From Candidatus Velthaea sp. (lineage in GTDB: Bacteria; Vulcanimicrobiota; Vulcanimicrobiia; Vulcanimicrobiales; Vulcanimicrobiaceae), in contig CBDCCS010000016.1 of the NCBI GenBank assembly GCA_965214935.1, positions 128,001-192,000 on the forward strand: DNA of 64,000 nucleotides, given 5' to 3'. The position numbers and the translations under genes are program-made. Each line of letters begins with the position of its first letter. Positions within the stretch are counted from its first letter, which is position 1. Shown piece by piece: positions 37,142 to 47,675 of the stretch. The notes beneath the pieces were generated by a model. It was not told where the DNA came from, made no database searches, and was given only the letters and a program-made list of their open reading frames with translations.

Positions 37142-39861
37142 GCGGCGGCACCGTGGCAGCGCTTGTACTTTTTCCCCGAGCCGCACGGACACTGATCGTT
37201 CCGCCCGACCTTATCGGCGGCTGCTTTCGCCGGCGCAGGCGGGCTCTCGGCAAAATTCGTTCGCATGGTCGCGGTGGCCGAACGCGGAGCGGGGCCGAGG
37301 ATTCGCTGGGCTGCGGCCGGATCGAAGCGGGGCTGAGCCGCTGCCTGCGGCACCATCGCTCCGGCCGGAACCGGCTCGAAGGCGAGGTCGGGCAATGTGC
37401 TGGTCGCTAACCCATTGGCAGGCGGATCCGACGGACCCGATTCAGGCAAGAGCGGTACCGGCGGACCGCCGTCCTGCGGCGGTCCGTCTTCGCTGCGTTC
37501 GATACGAACGGCAAAAACGGCTTTGATCGCTTCGTCGGCGATATTATTTTTGAGATCCTCGAAAATCTCGTAAGCCTCTTTTTCATACTCGACGCGCGGA
37601 TCTTTTTGCCCGATGCTGCGCAGTCCGATTCCCGATTTAAGGGCGTCCATCACGTACAGATGGTCGACCCACATCCGGTCGATGATCGGCAACATAATAT
37701 ATTGCGACTCGATCATCCGCATGATATCGGGGGAAACTTCCGTTTCTTTGGCTTCATACGCCGTGCGGCCGACGCGAAGTAGCTCGGCCTTCATGCCGTC
37801 CCGATCGAGTTTCTCGAGATCTTCGGCGGCAACATGGTCGCGCACCGGAAACACGAGTTCAACTTCGCTCAGAATCTCGTCGAGGTCCCATTCGCTGGGA
37901 TGCTCGTCGGGCGGAGCGCCGCTGTCGACGGCATAATCGACTTTGCTCTTGAGCGTCTGCAACATGAAGTCACGCATCGGTTCGCCTTCGAGGACGCGGC
38001 GACGTTCACCGTAGATGATTTCGCGCTGCTTATTCATGACGTCGTCGTATTCAAGAACCTGTTTGCGAATTTCGTAATTATGATTTTCGACTTTTGATTG
38101 TGCGTTCTCGATCGAGCGCGATAAGATACCGGCTTCAATCGGCGTCTCATCGGTGAACTTCACGAAGTCCATCATTTTCTGTATGCGTTCGGCACCGAAA
38201 AGTCGCATGAGTTCGTCGTCGAGCGCGATGTAAAAACGCGTCGACCCCGGATCGCCCTGTCGCCCGGCCCGGCCGCGCAACTGGTTGTCGATACGGCGCG
38301 ACTCGTGGCGTTCGGTTCCGATAATGTGCAAACCGCCGACGGCCGCGACGCCGTCGCCGAGCTTGATGTCGACGCCGCGGCCGGCCATGTTGGTTGCGAT
38401 CGTGACGGCGCCCCATTGGCCGGCATCTTTAATGATTTGCGCTTCTTGCTCGTGGTACTTGGCATTGAGGACGTTGCACTCGACGCCGCGGCGCCGCAGG
38501 AGCATCGCTAACCGCTCGGACTTCTCGATCGAACGCGTACCGACGAGCACCGGCCGTCCACTTTCGTGTTCGTGGACGATCTCTTCAACCACGGCATCGA
38601 ATTTCGCATTCTCGGTCCGGTACACGATGTCGGCGCTGTCTTTGCGCGCCACCGAGCGATTCGTCGGCATCACGATGACGTCGAGCCCGTAAATCTCGCG
38701 AAATTCACGCTCTTCGGTCTTGGCGGTACCGGTCATACCGGCAAGCTTTCCATACAACCGGAAATAATTTTGAAAGGTGATCGTCGCGAGCGTTTGGTCT
38801 TCGCTGCGAACCGCCAACCCTTCTTTCGCCTCGATCGCTTGATGGATTCCGTCGGAATACCGCCGGCCATACATCAGCCGGCCGGTGAACTCATCGACGA
38901 TGACGACTTCACCGTCTTTGACGATATATTGCTGGTCGCGATGGAAGAGATTCCACGCTTTGAGTGCCGCGTTGAGCTGATGCGTTAATTCGAGATTGCG
39001 CTGGTCGTACAGGTTCGAGACGCCGAGCATTTTCTCGACCTTGCTCACGCCGCTTTCGGTAACCGGTACGGCGTGCGCTTTTTCATCGACGGTGAAGTCT
39101 TCGTCTTTACGTAAGCGCGGAACGACCTGCGCAAATTTTCCGTAAAGCTCCGTCGCGTCGTGGCCCTGACCGCTGATGATAAGCGGCGTGCGAGCTTCAT
39201 CAATGAGGATCGAATCGACTTCATCGACGATGGCGTAACTCAGCGGCCGCTGCACCATGTCTTCGAGTCGCCAAGCCATGTTATCGCGCAAGTAATCGAA
39301 GCCGATTTCATTGTTCGTGACGTACGTGATATCGGATTCGTACGCGACGCGGCGCGCGGCCGAGTCAAGATCGTGCTGAATGACGCCGACCGTCATCCCT
39401 AAAAAGTTATAGAGCGGCGACATCCATTCGGCGTCGCGCTTGGCTAAGTAGTCGTTGACGGTTACGACGTGTACGCCTTTGCCGGCAAGTGCGTTGAGAT
39501 AAACCGCGAGGGTCGCGACGAGCGTCTTTCCCTCGCCGGTCCGCATTTCGGCGACTTTCCCTTCATGCAAAACCTGTGCGCCCATGATCTGCACGTCGAA
39601 ATGCCGCATCTGCATCACGCGCTTACCGGCTTCGCGAACGACGGCGAAGGCCTCGGGCAACAGCTCGTCGAGCATGTCGCGCGTCTGATCGGCCGACGTT
39701 GAAATGGCCAAGCGCGTCTTAAACTCAAGGGTCTTCGCGGCCAGCGCCTCATCGCTGAGTGCGGCCGTTTGCGGCTCGAGCGCGTTCACGCGCTCGGCCG
39801 TCCGCCGCAACCGGTTAACCTCGCGTTCGTTACTATCAAACAGGGTCTTGAGGAAAGCCAT
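37138..39861 (-). CDS. secA: Preprotein translocase subunit SecA
   Basis: [35 protein letters not shown]-terminal [13 protein letters not shown]. Confidence 0.98.
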   Translation of the reverse strand: MAFLKTLFDSNEREVNRLRRTAERVNALEPQTAALSDEALAAKTLEFKTRLAISTSADQTRDMLDELLPEAFAVVREAGKRVMQMRHFDVQIMGAQVLHEGKVAEMRTGEGKTLVATLAVYLNALAGKGVHVVTVNDYLAKRDAEWMSPLYNFLGMTVGVIQHDLDSAARRVAYESDITYVTNNEIGFDYLRDNMAWRLEDMVQRPLSYAIVDEVDSILIDEARTPLIISGQGHDATELYGKFAQVVPRLRKDEDFTVDEKAHAVPVTESGVSKVEKMLGVSNLYDQRNLELTHQLNAALKAWNLFHRDQQYIVKDGEVVIVDEFTGRLMYGRRYSDGIHQAIEAKEGLAVRSEDQTLATITFQNYFRLYGKLAGMTGTAKTEEREFREIYGLDVIVMPTNRSVARKDSADIVYRTENAKFDAVVEEIVHEHESGRPVLVGTRSIEKSERLAMLLRRRGVECNVLNAKYHEQEAQIIKDAGQWGAVTIATNMAGRGVDIKLGDGVAAVGGLHIIGTERHESRRIDNQLRGRAGRQGDPGSTRFYIALDDELMRLFGAERIQKMMDFVKFTDETPIEAGILSRSIENAQSKVENHNYEIRKQVLEYDDVMNKQREIIYGERRRVLEGEPMRDFMLQTLKSKVDYAVDSGAPPDEHPSEWDLDEILSEVELVFPVRDHVAAEDLEKLDRDGMKAELLRVGRTAYEAKETEVSPDIMRMIESQYIMLPIIDRMWVDHLYVMDALKSGIGLRSIGQKDPRVEYEKEAYEIFEDLKNNIADEAIKAVFAVRIERSEDGPPQDGGPPVPLLPESGPSDPPANGLATSTLPDLAFEPVPAGAMVPQAAAQPRFDPAAAQRILGPAPRSATATMRTNFAESPPAPAKAAADKVGRNDQCPCGSGKKYKRCHGAAA

Positions 39862-39939
39862 ACGAGCTATAACCGTTCGGCGCGTAATCCGGTTCCCCGG
39901 CTTACTCGATGAGTGCCGGCACCCCGTCCGGCATACGTT

Positions 39940-40131
39940 TTAAGTCGCAGCCGGGCTTGGCGCGGCAGCACCGGATTGCATGGTCGACGCGCCGCTCGTT
40001 GTATCCGCCGACGAGCCGGCCGAGCCGACGCCGCTCTTACTCAAGAAAAAGAACACGAGCAAAACAACGACGGCGACGGCAATTGCTCCGATCGCATATC
40101 GCTGTGCTTCGTTCCGCACGGTGTTGTTCAT
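39940..40131 (-). CDS. Small membrane-anchored protein with Ser/Ala-rich tail
   Basis: SD-like GAAAGG, then MNNTVRNEAQRYAIGAIAVAVVVLLVFFFL. Confidence 0.6.
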   Translation of the reverse strand: MNNTVRNEAQRYAIGAIAVAVVVLLVFFFLSKSGVGSAGSSADTTSGASTMQSGAAAPSPAAT

Positions 40132-40190
40132 GGCACGACCTTTCGTTCGAAGCTGCACGTACCCCGCGTGCCGGCTGCCGACACACGACA

Positions 40191-41021
40191 TTAGCGGTCG
40201 TCGAGGCGATTCTTCTGCGGGTGATTGAGCTGCTCGGGAGCAACCCGGGCAAGCATCGTCCCGACGGTCACGAACGTGTATCCGGCCGACTTGTAGCGTG
40301 CAACGAGCGCCGGCAAAAGATCGATCGTGGCGCGTCGCCCGCTATGCAGTAGTACGATCTCGGGCGCCGTTGCATGCGCGAAGATATGCGCCTCGAGCGT
40401 GGCGGCGGAGACCGAGCGCCAATCGCCCGGATCGTCGTTCCACAAGACGGTGTCGTAGCCGGCGGCCTGCACGACGCGCAGCGTCGCTTCACGATAACGC
40501 CCGTGCGGGGGACGCATCAGCGTGCGAAGCGCCGGATCGGCGGCGGTTTTGCCGAGCTCGTCTGCACCGAGCACGATTTCGCGGCGCACGGCGGCGTCGT
40601 CGAGCCGGTCGAGATCCGGATGCGTCAGCGTATGATCGGCGATTTCAAAATGTCGCGCGGCGACACGCCGCACGAGTTCGGGATACTGCTGGCCGTCACG
40701 GCCGATGAAAAAGAAGGTTGCCGGGACGTGCAGTTCGTCGAGCGTATCGAGCAGCAACGGCGTATCGACCGGATACGGTCCGTCGTCGAAGGTCAGCGCA
40801 ATGAGCTTCACGTGCGGTCCCGACGGCGGAGCGTTGCCGTGCACGAGCCGGTCCCAGCGCACGGCGAGCGACGGTGACAGCAAGCGATGCACGTCCATCG
40901 CCGGCGTGACGACGGCCGGCGCACTTAACGCGTCGGTTCGTCGCCATACCCGGTACGCGCCGTAAACGGCGATTGCCGCGATGAGCGCGACAACGATAAG
41001 GAGCCGCCCGCTGCGCGTTAT
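40191..41021 (-). CDS. Polysaccharide deacetylase (CE4/NodB) with N-terminal membrane anchor, apparent ATA start
   Basis: LTFDDGP, HTLTHPDL, RPPHG, IVLLH. The frame is open upstream of the ATG at 40898 through a TM helix to ATA at 41021, which overlaps the LCP stop. Confidence 0.88.
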   Translation of the reverse strand: MTRSGRLLIVVALIAAIAVYGAYRVWRRTDALSAPAVVTPAMDVHRLLSPSLAVRWDRLVHGNAPPSGPHVKLIALTFDDGPYPVDTPLLLDTLDELHVPATFFFIGRDGQQYPELVRRVAARHFEIADHTLTHPDLDRLDDAAVRREIVLGADELGKTAADPALRTLMRPPHGRYREATLRVVQAAGYDTVLWNDDPGDWRSVSAATLEAHIFAHATAPEIVLLHSGRRATIDLLPALVARYKSAGYTFVTVGTMLARVAPEQLNHPQKNRLDDR

Positions 41022-42349
41022 TGCGGCGTCTTTACAGGCGCTACCGGAGGCGGCACCGCCGAGAAATCACGCCCGACGATCACGGTCACATCGGTTGAAT
41101 CGGCGGCAGCACTTCGCGTCGGGTGCGGGCTGGGTTCGGGTGTGATCGCCGCCGTTTTCAAGGCAAGTTTATTACGCACGAGCTCGCCGACGCCCGTCGT
41201 TCGCGAATGCTCCCGAATGACCGTCGTCTCGTACGTGAACGCGTCGGCATTGGCAATGCTGTCGACGACGAAGCCGTTGCGGCGTAAGGCATCCGCCATT
41301 TTTGAGCCGAGCCCGCTTTGCCCGCTGCCGTTTTGCACGGCGATGTGGACGTCGGCGGGCGGGACCGAAGCCGGTGGACCGGCAGGCGGCGCCGGCGTTT
41401 CACGCGCGTAGGCGCCGGTCAACACCGCGACCGCCTGAGCTTTTTGCTTTTCGTCGGGCACGAGCACTTCGCCCGAAACGCCTTGCCGCGTATCGCTGTA
41501 CGCAATTTGATCGGTCTTCAAATCCGCCAAATTGATGTCGCGATAATGCCAGGCTAAACTGCGTTTTTCATCGTCGGATAAGTTGGTCGTAACGTTGCGA
41601 TTGATGACCCCGATCAGGGCCGAAATGTGGGATAGATCGTTGAACTTATCGGCTTTGAGTTTCGCAACCGTTATTTGCAGCACTTGCTGCTGGCGCTTGA
41701 TACGGCATGGATCGCTGCAAGCATCGTGGCGGAAACGGCTATAGGAAACGGCCTGCTCGCCGTTCATATGCGTCAAACCCGGCTTGAAGTGAATGTGCAA
41801 ATGGCCCCAGCTGTCGTCATAGTCCATCTGCTCGCTCACCGGAACGTCGATGCCGCCGATCGCGTCGACGAGTTCTTTGGTGGCGTTGATCTTCAACACG
41901 ATATAGCGATCGAAAAAGCGGTTATGTTCGGTCTTGGGCAGACCGAGCCACGAGCCGACGACCTCGTCGGAATACGGCTCGCCGCCCGACGCGAACGCAC
42001 CGTTGATCTTGTCTTCTTGGCCGTGCACGATCGCTGCCATGTCGCGCGGAATCGAAACGATCTTCACCGACTTTGTCGGGAAATCGAGTCCCGCGGCCAT
42101 GATCGTGTCGCTGCGCGCTTGCGTCGAGTACTCTTGATCTTTGCTATCGTAGTTGTAATCGATACCCAGCAGCAGAACGTACAGGCGATCCCGACCGAAC
42201 ACCGCCTGCGGCGAGGGGACGAAAAACGTAACGGCCGTCGTTACCGGATTGCTGCTGCCGGTCTGCACCATGCGCGTCGCGACGATTCCGCAAATGGCCG
42301 AAACCACGAGCATGACCGCCAAAAAAACGTAGGGTATCGAGCGGCGCAT
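41018..42349 (-). CDS. LCP (LytR-CpsA-Psr) family protein with C-terminal LytR_C domain
   Basis: RSDTIM, SIPRD, KINGA, RFRH..RIKRQQ, VQNGSG..GLG, VIVGRDF. Confidence 0.92.
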   Translation of the reverse strand: MRRSIPYVFLAVMLVVSAICGIVATRMVQTGSSNPVTTAVTFFVPSPQAVFGRDRLYVLLLGIDYNYDSKDQEYSTQARSDTIMAAGLDFPTKSVKIVSIPRDMAAIVHGQEDKINGAFASGGEPYSDEVVGSWLGLPKTEHNRFFDRYIVLKINATKELVDAIGGIDVPVSEQMDYDDSWGHLHIHFKPGLTHMNGEQAVSYSRFRHDACSDPCRIKRQQQVLQITVAKLKADKFNDLSHISALIGVINRNVTTNLSDDEKRSLAWHYRDINLADLKTDQIAYSDTRQGVSGEVLVPDEKQKAQAVAVLTGAYARETPAPPAGPPASVPPADVHIAVQNGSGQSGLGSKMADALRRNGFVVDSIANADAFTYETTVIREHSRTTGVGELVRNKLALKTAAITPEPSPHPTRSAAADSTDVTVIVGRDFSAVPPPVAPVKTPQ

Positions 42350-42354
42350 GGATG

Positions 42355-43746
42355 TCAAGCCGTGACCGCCGAGCGCACCACCGACGCATGGAAGTCGAAC
42401 GCCCCGCAGCCGTCGAGCCGAACGTCGACGAACGAACCGATCGGGACGTCGGCGCAAAAGTAAATACCGCCATCGACGCCCGGCGCTTCGCCTTGCGAAC
42501 GGCCGACGAGGACATCGGTTGCCGCGAGCGCGACAGCCAACGGATCGGTCCGCCGCAACTTGCGGCGGTCTTCAACGAGTACCCGGACCACGTTGCCGAC
42601 GCGCCGCTTGCGCGCGCGCTCCGAAGCGATCCGCTGCGCTTCGCGTAAGCGCACGAGCCGGCGACGCTTCTCGCGTTCGGGAACTTGACCGGGTAGCGTC
42701 GCGCCGGGGGTACCGTCCTCGCGCGAGTAGGAGAAAAAGCCGACCCGGTCGAGTTCCGCCCGCCCGATCCACTCCTCGAGATACGCGACGTGCTCGTCGG
42801 TCTCACCCGGGAAGCCGACGATGAACGTCGAGCGCATGGTAACGCCGGGGACGCGACGCCGGAATTCCGCGATGATCTCAAGATAGCGCTCGCCGGTGGA
42901 CGGCCGCAGCATCGCGCGCAGCATCTCGGGATGCGCGTGCTGCAAAGGCATGTCCATATATTTACAGACTTTCGGCAGCTCCGCCATCGCCTCGATCAGC
43001 TCCGTATCGACCGTTGCCGGATACAAATACAGCAAGCGAATCCACTCGAGACGATCGACTGCATGCAACTCGCGTAAGAGCCGAGCAAGTCCGCCGCGCC
43101 GGGTGCCGCGATCGCGACCGTACATTGAGGTGTCTTGGGCGATCAGAATGAGTTCTCTGGTGCCGCCGGCCGCCAACGCGCGCGCTTCTTTGAGAATCGA
43201 CTCCGCGCTGCGCGACCGGAACGCACCCCGCAGTTGCGGGATGATGCAGAACGTGCACGGGTGATCGCAGCCTTCGGCTACCTTAAGATATGCAGTCGCC
43301 GAGGGTGTGGTAATAAGCCGTGGAAGAAAATCGTGCTCGGGTTCGGCATCGAACTGCAACTGAACGGGATGATGTCCGGCCCGCGCATCGACCAGTAAGT
43401 CGACGATGCCGGCATAGGCACCCGTACCGATGACGCCGTCAATCTCGGGGATGAGCGATTGCAACTGGTCGCCGAAGCGCTGTGAAAGACAGCCTGCGAC
43501 GATCAATTGCTGGCCCGCGCGTTTCTGCGCGGCGTGCTCGAGAATGACATCCGTCGACTCAGCTTTGGCCGGATCGATGAACGCACACGTATTGATCACG
43601 ACCGCATCGGCGTCGGCGGCATCGGCCACAAGCTCCCATCCGGCCGCACCAAGCTGCCCGATCATCACCTCGGAATCGACGAGGTTCTTTGCGCAACCCA
43701 GGGAGACAAACGAGACGCGCTGCCGTTGTGCGACGGCGTTCATCAA
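42355..43746 (-). CDS. rimO: Ribosomal protein S12 methylthiotransferase
   Basis: LGCAKNLVDSE, NTCAFI, EGCDHPCTFCIIP, TRAM domain. Confidence 0.95.
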   Translation of the reverse strand: MMNAVAQRQRVSFVSLGCAKNLVDSEVMIGQLGAAGWELVADAADADAVVINTCAFIDPAKAESTDVILEHAAQKRAGQQLIVAGCLSQRFGDQLQSLIPEIDGVIGTGAYAGIVDLLVDARAGHHPVQLQFDAEPEHDFLPRLITTPSATAYLKVAEGCDHPCTFCIIPQLRGAFRSRSAESILKEARALAAGGTRELILIAQDTSMYGRDRGTRRGGLARLLRELHAVDRLEWIRLLYLYPATVDTELIEAMAELPKVCKYMDMPLQHAHPEMLRAMLRPSTGERYLEIIAEFRRRVPGVTMRSTFIVGFPGETDEHVAYLEEWIGRAELDRVGFFSYSREDGTPGATLPGQVPEREKRRRLVRLREAQRIASERARKRRVGNVVRVLVEDRRKLRRTDPLAVALAATDVLVGRSQGEAPGVDGGIYFCADVPIGSFVDVRLDGCGAFDFHASVVRSAVTA

Positions 43747-44234
43747 CGATAGTTCGTAAACTGCAACGGCAGTTCGTAGTTCAAAGCAGTCAGCAGTTGT
43801 TGCACTTTTTGCAGATCGTCGCGCGATTTTGCCGAAACGCGGATCTGCTCGTCTTGATACTGCGCGTTGACTTTGAGTTTGGAGGTTTTGATCGCCTCGA
43901 TCAACGGCTTACTTTTATCTTTGGGAATGCCCGAACGCAACACGATTTTTTGACGAATCGCATTATGCGTTGCCGCTTCGGTCTTTTGATAGTCGAACGC
44001 TTTGATATCGATGCCGCGCTTAATTGCCTTGGTCTGGATGATGTCAACGACATTCTTGAGCTTGAGCTCATCATCGGCCAGAACCGTAATCTCTTTATCG
44101 GTGTTCTCGATCGACGCAACTGAATTTTTAAAATCAAAGCGGCCCAAGATCTCTTTGCGCGCGGCATTGAGCGCGTTCTCGAGTTCTTGCGGATCGATCT
44201 TCGATACGACGTCAAATGAACTTTCGCTAGCCAC
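43743..44234 (-). CDS. yajQ: YajQ family nucleotide-binding protein
   Basis: SFDVVSK, RFDFK, QIRVS.KSRDDLQ, LQFTNYR. Confidence 0.95.
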   Translation of the reverse strand: MASESSFDVVSKIDPQELENALNAARKEILGRFDFKNSVASIENTDKEITVLADDELKLKNVVDIIQTKAIKRGIDIKAFDYQKTEAATHNAIRQKIVLRSGIPKDKSKPLIEAIKTSKLKVNAQYQDEQIRVSAKSRDDLQKVQQLLTALNYELPLQFTNYR

Positions 44235-44290
44235 GTATCCCCTACTACCGTTTCGGCATCATCGGCCGGATAGCGATCGCATCGATCGCC

Positions 44291-45058
44291 TTAGAGTTGA
44301 AAGGAGCGTTCGGCGACATCGCCGAGGCCGCCCATCGGGCCCAAGTCCTTGCCCGCGAGCGTCACATCGACGCCGCCGGCGTTACCGGTCCGGATCGTCG
44401 CCGAGCGTCCGGAGAACGAACGCTCGGTTCCGGCCGGATACACGCCTTCCATGGTCACTTTGCCGTCGATCACCACCCGGAGCCACGATCCGTCTTTGAG
44501 CCGCAACCCTAAGCCGCCGCTCGGTTTCGCGAAACGGTCGGCGCGATGACCGACGCGCGCAACGGCCATCGCCTGTGACTTCGCGGGTGGCACGCTGGGT
44601 TGCACGGCGGCAACTGGTTCGTGCCGAGTGCTTACGTTGCCGCGCGCGTATTCGACGTATTGATAACCGACAAAAGCCACCAACGCGAACGCAACGATGA
44701 CGCCGACGATCGCCCCCGGCGACGGTCCGGTCTTGGCGACCGTCGGGCGTCCGCGCCCGAGACCCGAGCGCGACGGCTCGACGCGCGTCGCGGGAGCCTG
44801 AAGGGCGGCGGCCGCCGCCGTATGCCGGATCGATGATTCATTAAATGCAGCGACCGCCGCATCCGGATCCAACTGCAAAAAGCGGGCGTAATTGCGGAGA
44901 AAGCCGCGGACGTAGACAGCGGGGCCGATCGCAACCCAATCTTCGGCCTCGATCGCCGCAAGGTAGAGAGACCGGATGTGAATCCGGTCGGCTACGTCGG
45001 AAAGTGAAAAGCCTTGCGATTCGCGCGCGGTCCGGAACGACTCTCCGAGCGCAGACAT
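44291..45058 (-). CDS. rodZ: RodZ-like protein (HTH + TM + DUF4115)
   Basis: LGESFRTARE, YLAAIE, YVRGFLRNYA, TM, SWLRV, GNAGGV. Confidence 0.85.
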   Translation of the reverse strand: MSALGESFRTARESQGFSLSDVADRIHIRSLYLAAIEAEDWVAIGPAVYVRGFLRNYARFLQLDPDAAVAAFNESSIRHTAAAAALQAPATRVEPSRSGLGRGRPTVAKTGPSPGAIVGVIVAFALVAFVGYQYVEYARGNVSTRHEPVAAVQPSVPPAKSQAMAVARVGHRADRFAKPSGGLGLRLKDGSWLRVVIDGKVTMEGVYPAGTERSFSGRSATIRTGNAGGVDVTLAGKDLGPMGGLGDVAERSFQL

Positions 45059-45120
45059 AGTGCCGGACCTTAGCGGCGATTGCATCCGCTTCCCCCATTG
45101 AGCGAGTCTACGTTTTTGAT

Positions 45121-46209
45121 ATGGCTGCGAAGAAAACGCGCGTCGTGGCGGCGATGAGCGGCGGCGTCGATTCAGCCGTCGCCGCGGCGCTGTTGCTCGA
45201 GGCCGGCTACGATGTCGTCGGCGTGACGATGAAGATGTATGCGCCCACAAAGCCGGCCCATGCCAAATCGTGCTGCGGTGCCGATGACTTTGACGATGCG
45301 CGACGCAGTGCGTCGATTTTGGGCATTCCGCATTACGTGCTCGATTTTGAGGAGACGTTTCGCGTTAACGTCATCGAACGTTTCGCGCGCGACTACACGC
45401 TGGGGCGCACGCCCAACCCCTGCGTTGCGTGTAACAATTTCGTCAAGCTCGGGACGTTGGGGACCTACGCGCGGCGCATCGGTGCGGCCTACGTTGCGAC
45501 GGGCCACTACGCGCGCATCGCGCACGAGCCGGACGGCCCGCATTTGTATCGCGGAACGGCGGCCAAAGACCAAGCGTACGCGTTGGCGCAGCTCAGCCCG
45601 CAACAACTATCGACGCTGTTGCTCCCGCTCGGCGGTCAAACCAAGGCCCAGACCCGAACGCAAGCCGCGCATTTCGGCTTACCGATTGCCGATAAAGTTG
45701 AGTCGCAAGACATCTGCTTTGTTGAAGGCGGCGACTACCGTGACGTGCTCGAACGCATTGCCCCGCAAACGGCGCAGACCGGCGAGATCCACGGTGCTCG
45801 GGGTGAACGGATCGGGATGCACGCCGGTATCGGACAATTTACGGTGGGACAACGCCGGGGCTTGCCGGCAAGCACGGCCGGACCGCGCTACGTGACTCGG
45901 ATCGATGCGGCAACCAACACGATCGTCATCGGCGGTGCCGAAGACCTCGAAGTAAGCTCGCTGGTCGGCGATGAGGTAAATCTCATTCGTCCCGAACGGT
46001 TGGCACGCGACGGAGTTGCGGTTCGGGCAATGACTCGGTATCGCTCGCGGCTCAGTGACGCGCGTGCGACGGTTCGCTCGGACGGCACGCTCGAGCTCGC
46101 GTTCGAGGCGCCGCAGCGAGCGGTGACGCCCGGCCAGCTCGTCGCAGTGTTCGATGCGGTAACGGACGAAGTTCTGGGGGCAGCGACGATTCGGGAGACC
46201 AGCAAATGA
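45121..46209 (+). CDS. mnmA: tRNA 2-thiouridine synthase MnmA
   Basis: [43 protein letters not shown]. Confidence 0.96.
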   Translation: MAAKKTRVVAAMSGGVDSAVAAALLLEAGYDVVGVTMKMYAPTKPAHAKSCCGADDFDDARRSASILGIPHYVLDFEETFRVNVIERFARDYTLGRTPNPCVACNNFVKLGTLGTYARRIGAAYVATGHYARIAHEPDGPHLYRGTAAKDQAYALAQLSPQQLSTLLLPLGGQTKAQTRTQAAHFGLPIADKVESQDICFVEGGDYRDVLERIAPQTAQTGEIHGARGERIGMHAGIGQFTVGQRRGLPASTAGPRYVTRIDAATNTIVIGGAEDLEVSSLVGDEVNLIRPERLARDGVAVRAMTRYRSRLSDARATVRSDGTLELAFEAPQRAVTPGQLVAVFDAVTDEVLGAATIRETSK

Positions 46210-46436
46210 GCGATGGACATGCAAGCTCCGCGCCGGGTGAAGAACCGACGAGCGAGCAAGTTGTTGCGATTCTTTTCCAAGCCGCGATGAGCGGCGACGA
46301 AGCGGCTTGGGCGCGAGCAAACGATGCGGATCCCAAATTGCTGCAGATGTGGAAGTTCACGCATGCCCAAGAATACATCACGTATCTGGAAAAAGTGCTG
46401 CGCATGATCCGTAAGCGCGCCGGAACGACAAGCTAA
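46206..46436 (+). CDS. Small hypothetical protein
   Basis: ATGA overlap with mnmA, helical 76-aa ORF. Confidence 0.5.
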   Translation: MSDGHASSAPGEEPTSEQVVAILFQAAMSGDEAAWARANDADPKLLQMWKFTHAQEYITYLEKVLRMIRKRAGTTS

Positions 46437-46669
46437 CGATCCTTGCCGGCAAGTCGCCGGCGTAGCGCGGCGCGTAGCTCGACGCCGAATAAGACCATCG
46501 CTGCCGCAACGGCAAATGTCGCCGCCGGGGAGAATCGGCCGTGCAGCTGTTGCAGCAGTATGTAGGTGACGAAGCACGAGGCGGGTATGTAGGTTAGAAA
46601 ATACATTGCGATTCCGCGAAAATTTCGAGCATCGACGATGCTTCGGTTTACGCTTAAAAAGTGCCGCAT
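46433..46669 (-). CDS. Small two-TM hypothetical protein
   Basis: ATG 1 nt after the upstream stop, two hydrophobic segments, basic C-terminus. Confidence 0.5.
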   Translation of the reverse strand: MRHFLSVNRSIVDARNFRGIAMYFLTYIPASCFVTYILLQQLHGRFSPAATFAVAAAMVLFGVELRAALRRRLAGKDR

Positions 46670-46670
46670 G

Positions 46671-47099
46671 CTAGTGGTCGCCGCTCGGCGGAATGCCCAG
46701 CCCGCCGCGAATGCTTTTATCGAGTTCGCCGGCCGACGTCGTGAGAAACTGGGCTGCGGGTTGTGCACTCAGCGCGTCGTGCACGAGGCTCTTTGCATAA
46801 CCGAGCGTCTCGGTTCCGGCGATGCCGACCGCAATCCCGACCGCCGGATTCGTCATCGCCGCGCGCGCTGCAATACCGATCGCGGTCGCGGTGGCAAGTC
46901 CGCCTTCGAGTTCGATGACGCCCGGAACGATTTGCGCGAGAGCGACGGCACCGGCGGTTAGCAGCGGCGCGGTTGGATTCTGCGGCGCCGTAATGCGATC
47001 CGATGTCGTCGGCGGCGCAACCGGCGCAGCGGCGGATACCGGCTTCGATTGGCATGGTGATGCAGTCGACGTTCCTACTGCTGAGACGCACGAACTCAT
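46671..47099 (-). CDS. Ala/Gly-rich hydrophobic hypothetical protein
   Basis: GGAG SD before MSSCVSAVG, Pro-rich N-terminus, hydrophobic GxxxG-type core. Confidence 0.55.
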   Translation of the reverse strand: MSSCVSAVGTSTASPCQSKPVSAAAPVAPPTTSDRITAPQNPTAPLLTAGAVALAQIVPGVIELEGGLATATAIGIAARAAMTNPAVGIAVGIAGTETLGYAKSLVHDALSAQPAAQFLTTSAGELDKSIRGGLGIPPSGDH

Positions 47100-47205
47100 A
47101 GGACGCTCCAATGTAGCGCGGAAGGATGTGCGCTAAACGGTAGCCGTCTGTTGTTATGCCGCAATGTTCGGATTATGACGCGCAGCAATAACGTGGGGTT
47201 GAACG

Positions 47206-47670
47206 ATGTCAGAGACGGGGACCAGCATCGCGCTGGTCGGACCGAGTGCGGGGATGTTCGACGCGTGGTTTTCGCTTTACGAGCGGTATGCTGCGGACGC
47301 CGGCGTCCAACCAAGTCGCCGCGTCGGCGGCATCTTGTGGCGCTGGTTGCTCGATGGAACGTACCGTGTCGCCGGCGTCATTGCGGTCGATAACCGCAAA
47401 GACGTCGTCGGCTTCGCACACTACCGTCCGTTTCCCAATACGCTGGACGGCACCGAAGCATGCCGATTAGACGACATCTACGTTGCTTCCGAGTATCGTG
47501 ATAACGGCCTAACCGAACGCCTCATCGAACACGTTTGTAACACGGCCCGAAAGCGCGGCTGGAGCGAAGTGAATTGGTCGGCTCCGACCGACCTTGGCAT
47601 GCGTGCCGCCTTTGATAATGTGGCAACACGCGTGGAGCTTGCGATGTATCGCGTCGATCTCGGTCGTTAG
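47206..47670 (+). CDS. GNAT family N-acetyltransferase
   Basis: VVGFAHY, LDDIYVASEYRDNG, GWSEVNW. Confidence 0.85.
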   Translation: MSETGTSIALVGPSAGMFDAWFSLYERYAADAGVQPSRRVGGILWRWLLDGTYRVAGVIAVDNRKDVVGFAHYRPFPNTLDGTEACRLDDIYVASEYRDNGLTERLIEHVCNTARKRGWSEVNWSAPTDLGMRAAFDNVATRVELAMYRVDLGR

Positions 47671-47675
47671 GCGCG

